Shown: piece after piece, positions 24,001-30,000 of the stretch
Layout: every line of letters starts with the position of its first letter
Position numbering within the stretch: the first letter of the stretch is position 1
Assembly (NCBI GenBank): GCA_963662715.1
Contig: OY759724.1
Coordinates: 1,080,001 to 1,112,000, forward strand
DNA: 32,000 nucleotides
Reading direction: 5' to 3'
From: Candidatus Omnitrophota bacterium
GTDB lineage: Bacteria > Omnitrophota > Gorgyraeia > Zapsychrales > JANLHA01
Program-made: the position numbers and the translations under genes
Notes under the pieces: model-generated
Databases searched by the model: none
What the model was told of the DNA's origin: nothing
What the model saw: only the letters and a program-made list of their open reading frames with translations

Positions 24001-27000
24001 ATGTCGTTTCATCAGACAGGCTGACCGCCTGGGCGAAGATGTTTTGCTCCTGCTCGCTTAATTCAAAGCTCTTGCCCGGGAGCCACTGGGACAAAAATCG
24101 TGCTTTCCTTAAATGAAGCTGCGCCTGCAAAATGTGCTCGGTAAGACTGCGGAACAAATTGCTTTCAGCCGGCTCATCCTGCTCCAACCCCTCCGCATAT
24201 CGGCTCACAAAAGCGGCCTGGTAAAAAATGGTCCAATACAGGTCCGGATGTCTTTGAACAACATGATACCGGGTGTTCCGGCGGAACTCATTAAAGGTCT
24301 GGCGGAAGGCCTCGGCCCGGCTCATCCCCTCTCCGGTTAAATGACTCGTGACAAAACGCTGGCGGTAATCCTCCATGAAGCGGTTTAATGTTATGGCAAC
24401 GATAACCTTATTTTTCAGGAATTCAAACGCCTCTTGAATTTTATTATGGTCTTGTTGAGTCTTATAAAGTTTGGCCAGCAACGGCTGAACATGTTTCCGG
24501 AAGACAAGAGCTAACACTCCATAATCCGGTTCGGACGGATCAAGATACGCCGGATGCTCAGGATTCAGGAAATCCTGCTCCAGAATCATGCGCGGGAGTT
24601 TATACTGTCTGTACCGCAATGGTTGCAATGCTTTAAAAACCCGGGTCTTAAGGGCATTCTGCCGCCGGCTCACTTCCTGGCGTAACCGGTAAACTCTTGC
24701 ATGATTAAGACCCCGGACAATAGCCCGGCTTTCTTGAATCCTGAGTTCAAGGATCTGTTTTGTGACTTCAAATAATCCCCGGAGTTTAATAAACGCATGA
24801 GGACCTTCATCTAACAGTTGTAAGCTGTGCGTAAGAATGATACGGGCCAGTAATTTTTCTTCTACGAGAACATTTTGCAGTCTGTTTAACTGTTCTAAAA
24901 TAAGCGCCCGGACCCTGTTTGTGTCTTCATGAATGATATCCATCAGACGGTCGAGCAGATGCCTCAGTTCATAAATCCATCTTATTTCATCCAGTTCAGA
25001 ATCAACCATATGATCAACAGCCCGGAAAGCGTCCCATAAACTAGCATAAGTCAAATCACCATAAGTTTTCACGGCTGAAGCATTCCATTGACCGGCTTTT
25101 TCGAACCGCTGTCCGCGCAAATGATATAAGCCGTCTTGCTCTCTTCTTAACCGTTGTGGCGGGGTATGGCGTTCCTGCCGTAAGCGTCGGCTAAGATGGG
25201 TTTCTTTAATTTTATGCAGGGCTATTAATGTAGATGTCATAATCATATTAACGGCCGGCTCGTTATAAACAGCAAGCAAGGCCTGGACGTGATCAAACCG
25301 CTGCAATAAACCTTTCGGCAGGTTCATATCTGCAAAGAATCGAAGCTTGAGCTGAATGTCTTCAGCCACGTCAGCGAGTTCTGCCCGGAAGGGAGTTTCG
25401 TCTGATGCGGCTTTACGCTTTATAGTCAAAATGTAAATACGGAAATTCCAATCAGCGACTTGCAGCGTGACGTCCCCTAAAGCGGCTCGATACTCGAGAC
25501 GGAATTGCTTAAATTGTCTTGAAGCGGCTTTAGAAGCAGATGGGGCTTTCTGATTAAGGTCAATATGAGATATTGTGCGGTCAATAATATAAGAAGGATA
25601 CGCGAGTTTCTTTAATATGTTTCTTAAAATGATCCGGCGTGACCGGGTCCATTGCTCTGATCGCGAAACGGCCCGCTGATAAATTTGAGCTCTCAGGGCC
25701 TGAACATCTTTGGCGGGGGAGAGATCAAGGTCATTTACAAACAGTTCAACTTGTTCTTTTATCTTTTCCGGCGGGCCGTGAATCTTCCCGGACTCCTGCA
25801 GATATTCATAAACAGAGATACGATAGAGAATGTCTTCCAGATTCTTAAACCCTTGCGTAATGTACGGCTCTTCTTTATACCGGGGATGACTGTAACGCTG
25901 CCCGGCCCACCTCATGGATTGCGCGCTGATCGCATGTACAGGGCTGGGCGCCGCTATCGGGGACGCGGACTTCGGCGCGGCTTTGCCCGATTCTTTGGAA
26001 ACCGGCGAGCTGGCGGTATCGTCTGAATTTTCTGACCGTACTTCGTCCCACAATTGTTTAAGCAAATCCCTGTCCGATCTTGATATTTGCTTATAATGTG
26101 CACCCTCTTGATGGAATATATCGTTTAGCGCAGCGGCAAAATCAGCAGCAGGGTTTTTCCGTAGATAATAGCGAATAACATTTTTGAAAGCTTTGCTTCG
26201 TGCCAGCGAACCTAGCTCTCTCTCATACATCTCTCCCTTCTTATTTAATAATAAGGCGTCCAGCTGCCCTTGTTCCCATAGACGACGATACGTGAGTTCA
26301 TAAACTAAACTTAGCTCGATCATTAACTCTGTCTGATCTCTATTAATCACAATTTCATATGTTTTGTCTGCCTTAATCACAGAAAGGGCAAGAGTACGGT
26401 CGGCGCCAAAGGTAGCTCTTGGGAATCCGGCAAAGAAACTATGAGGCAGGGCTATAATCTTTATCTGACCTGCTTTTTCTTCGCTAAAGCCAAAGAAACT
26501 TCTGACTTGTGGGGCGATTTCATTTAAGTTGTGACGAGCTGCTCCTTGGATATGTGTATTAATATAGCTTTTCACCTGGCGCGCTGCAGAATGCTCAATA
26601 TGCGCGCACCCGCCACAGAAGATGAATACTGCAGCAACGATAATAACAAATGGCGGGCTGTGAATGAACCGGGCAATATACCTCCCCAAGCCCGCCATTG
26701 CGCCGGCTGTCCTGTCGATTCTAATCCGCTCGGGTGACTGAACGCCCTTACATGAGGCGGAAATGTTAAAGTTCTTGTTCACCGGAGAACTGGATAAATC
26801 TTTATCCAAGGATGTCCTTGATGAACCGGCCTGCCTCCCTTTATTCAAGGACATGTTAAACCGCTCTTCAAGCATTCTATTCAGTATGGGGTCTTCCAGC
26901 ATGACTCTTATTTTAGCCGCATCGCTGTACACATTGTTTAATCCGGGTTCAACATTTTGACTGAAAGGAGCGGTCATTTTCAGAAGATCTTCAACCGGAG

Positions 27001-30000
27001 CTTCCCTGTTAAGCACAAAAGAAACAAACGGGTTTCTATTTACGGCATCAACTATCGACGTTAAATCCTGATGCTGTATGTTCGCCAAATCAAAGAACTC
27101 GAAAAAGTGACTGTCTATATTAACGGCACCGCCGGGATAAATATCCAAATGATCCCTTGCCGTACTGAGCCTGCTCCCCCTCTCATGGATATCCTCATCA
27201 TACTCCTGCGCATAAAGTTCCGCGCTCAGGTGCCTTGCTTCACCGATAAAACTCAGTAGCCCCCGGCGCACATGCGGCAACCTTAATCCTTTACTTGATA
27301 ATATGTCCTTAAGCTGAATATAGGAAGGATCTTGCCGGACAAAATAATCAAAAACGCTTAACGCGAGCGTAATTTCAAAATGATAGGTATTTTTAACGGC
27401 TTCAATAATGTTGACGATATTACCGATGGGGATGACCGGCTTTCCTGTAGGCCCTTTTTGGCTGAAGACAAACTGATTGACGCTTAGCTGGATAATCAGA
27501 TCTTTATCCCCTGAGCACAGCAAAAGATCCCTTAAAACATTTCTGGTTATCTGCGGTGTTTTTGCCCAGAAACCATTTGTTGCCAGGGTTACGACATTCG
27601 CGTCCACGTGCCTAAGCAACATACGGACCAAATCAGGTTTAAGGAAGGGTTCTCCGCCGGTAATGCCCAAATGACTTATCCCGCCGAAAGTGTTGATCCT
27701 TTCGATAAGCAACATCGCTTCCTCCCTGCTCATCGAAGGCAGCCGTTTAACCCAGTTCGGCCAATAGCAATGCGCACACCGCAAGAGGCACCGAAGAGTG
27801 ACATATACATCCAACGATTTTATGACCGGTGAGCCGGCACGTTTCACTGCCTTTGCAGGGCCGGCCATATATTCTATTGGGCTTGAAGAAGAAGTCTTGG
27901 TTTCTTTTTCTCTGGATTCTTCTCTGGAAGCCAATCTATCACCTGCAATGATTGAAAGTGCCCCTGCTAACAGCGGGCCGGTCACGCCTAAAAATGTTTC
28001 TGCTTTATACAAGCCGTTTGCTTCCCGGCTGTGCATCCTTAATAATTCCCAGACTGTCTGGTCAATGTCCTTGCCGTACAATTGTTCTTCTTTGGCAAGC
28101 CAAACTTCTACGGCCCCTCCCCTGGTCTTTACCACACAAATAGCGCCTATCAGATGAGAATACGCGGCCAAAGGAGTCTTAACTTCTATTATTTCTCCAA
28201 CTTTGAATCTTCGCTTTGCTCTCTCGTTTATTATTTCTCCGACATACGGTCTGGCCATTAAAACAAATATCTTCTCTTTACCAAGAAATGTCTGAGCCGT
28301 ATGTTCAGGCCACATATTGAAAGCCATAATCTCACGGCACACCGTATCAGGATAGGCATTCCAGTTAACAAAAAGTCTCGGGATAATTTTACTTGCCCAT
28401 GCGCCCGGTTTTGTTGCCCCTTTCTGTTTCTTCAATTCAACTTTTCCTTCTGCAATAGCATTTACAGCGCTGACCAAAAGCCCGGCTGACAGAGGCGCAA
28501 GTTTCTCCGTAAGCGTGAAACAGGATTCCGTCAGACTTACTTCTACACCTTTCAATCTTGCAACAACCTCTCCGGTATCCCATCCTTCTTGTATCCTGTG
28601 GATAGTTATGCCTGTCTGTCTTAACCCGAATAAAACAGCGGCATGAACGGGTAAACCACCCCGCAATTGCGGCAACATCGAAGCATGAACATTAATAAAA
28701 TCGAATTTAAATGTTTGGGTAATTTTTCCTGTAATCTTATCGGGCCAAACACAAGTTACGCCAAGGTCCGCGTTTACTGTTTGTAAATATTCAATTAACT
28801 CATCGCTCTTTTCATCAACAAATACTTCGGTCCCATTTTCTTTTGCAATCTTAATGATTTCTTCACTTTCTCTCTTTGTGATTACGCTTACAACTTTAAA
28901 ATTTGCTCCTCTATCCGCAAGCAAAGACTGAAGCGATAAACGGCCAAACAGTGTCCCTTCGCTGAAAAAGACAATATTGAGCCTGCCGTAAGGTTTGGCG
29001 TAACCGGGGTATTCTTTTACCAATCCGGGAACCGGGTTACGAACTGCGGTCAAAAATCTTCCGAAATCAAACTTCTTCATCGGGCTGGAGGCCTTGCCCT
29101 CCGCATTCCTGATAGCGTCCTCAGAAACCGGAGAACTGAGACTATCCTGAGGCAAATTATTTCTTTTTGCCCATTGTTTTATTAAACTTTTCTCTGTATG
29201 TATGGGCAAATTAATAATAAAGACCGTCCCAAAATTTTTCCTGCTTTCTATTCTGAGTTTACCCTCCAGGAAATTCACGACATTCTGAATCTTCGGCAGA
29301 CCGAATCCGAACCCGGATATATTGAACACGCCGGGTTCCGAACTGGTAAACCCAACCAAAAATGCCTTGTCCAGGGCCTCCGCCGACATCCCTATCCCAT
29401 TATCGATTAGCCTCATCACAATTCCGTCTTCTTTTACATAAAGAACACATTCTATACGAAGCGGGATACCGGGCCTTCGGAACCAGATAGCATTCTTAAC
29501 AACTTCATTGCAAACCAGGTCAAACATTCCTGGCTGAGTAAAGAGTTCGGGGACTTCTGTTTTCTTCTCAACTTGGTTAAATGATACGGGCAGCCCTTCG
29601 GACCATAACGCGATGTACTCTGCAATGACCGCGTTCATTTTTTCTTCAAGAGAAACATTGTGTCGCAATATTCCGTAAGGCCTGCCGTTCATAAGCTCAT
29701 TCGCGTGCTCTAACAGCCAGATAATAAAATAGTGAATATCGAACATCTCTTTTAAGATAACCTGCACCTCGTTGCTTGTTCTGCTTTCTCTGCTAAAAGT
29801 CTCCGGGTTAGATATCAACATCCAGAAATCACTTAAACGCTTGTTTTCATCTTCTCTGGAGAAACCGGTGGAATGTCTGGGGAATCGTCTTTTGAAAATC
29901 TTTCCGTATTTGGCAAATGGGTAACTGAACTGTTCGCATAAACCGTTCCCGCTATGCTTATCCAGCTCCTTTAACAAGACATTAAGCCTTGTTACATTGT

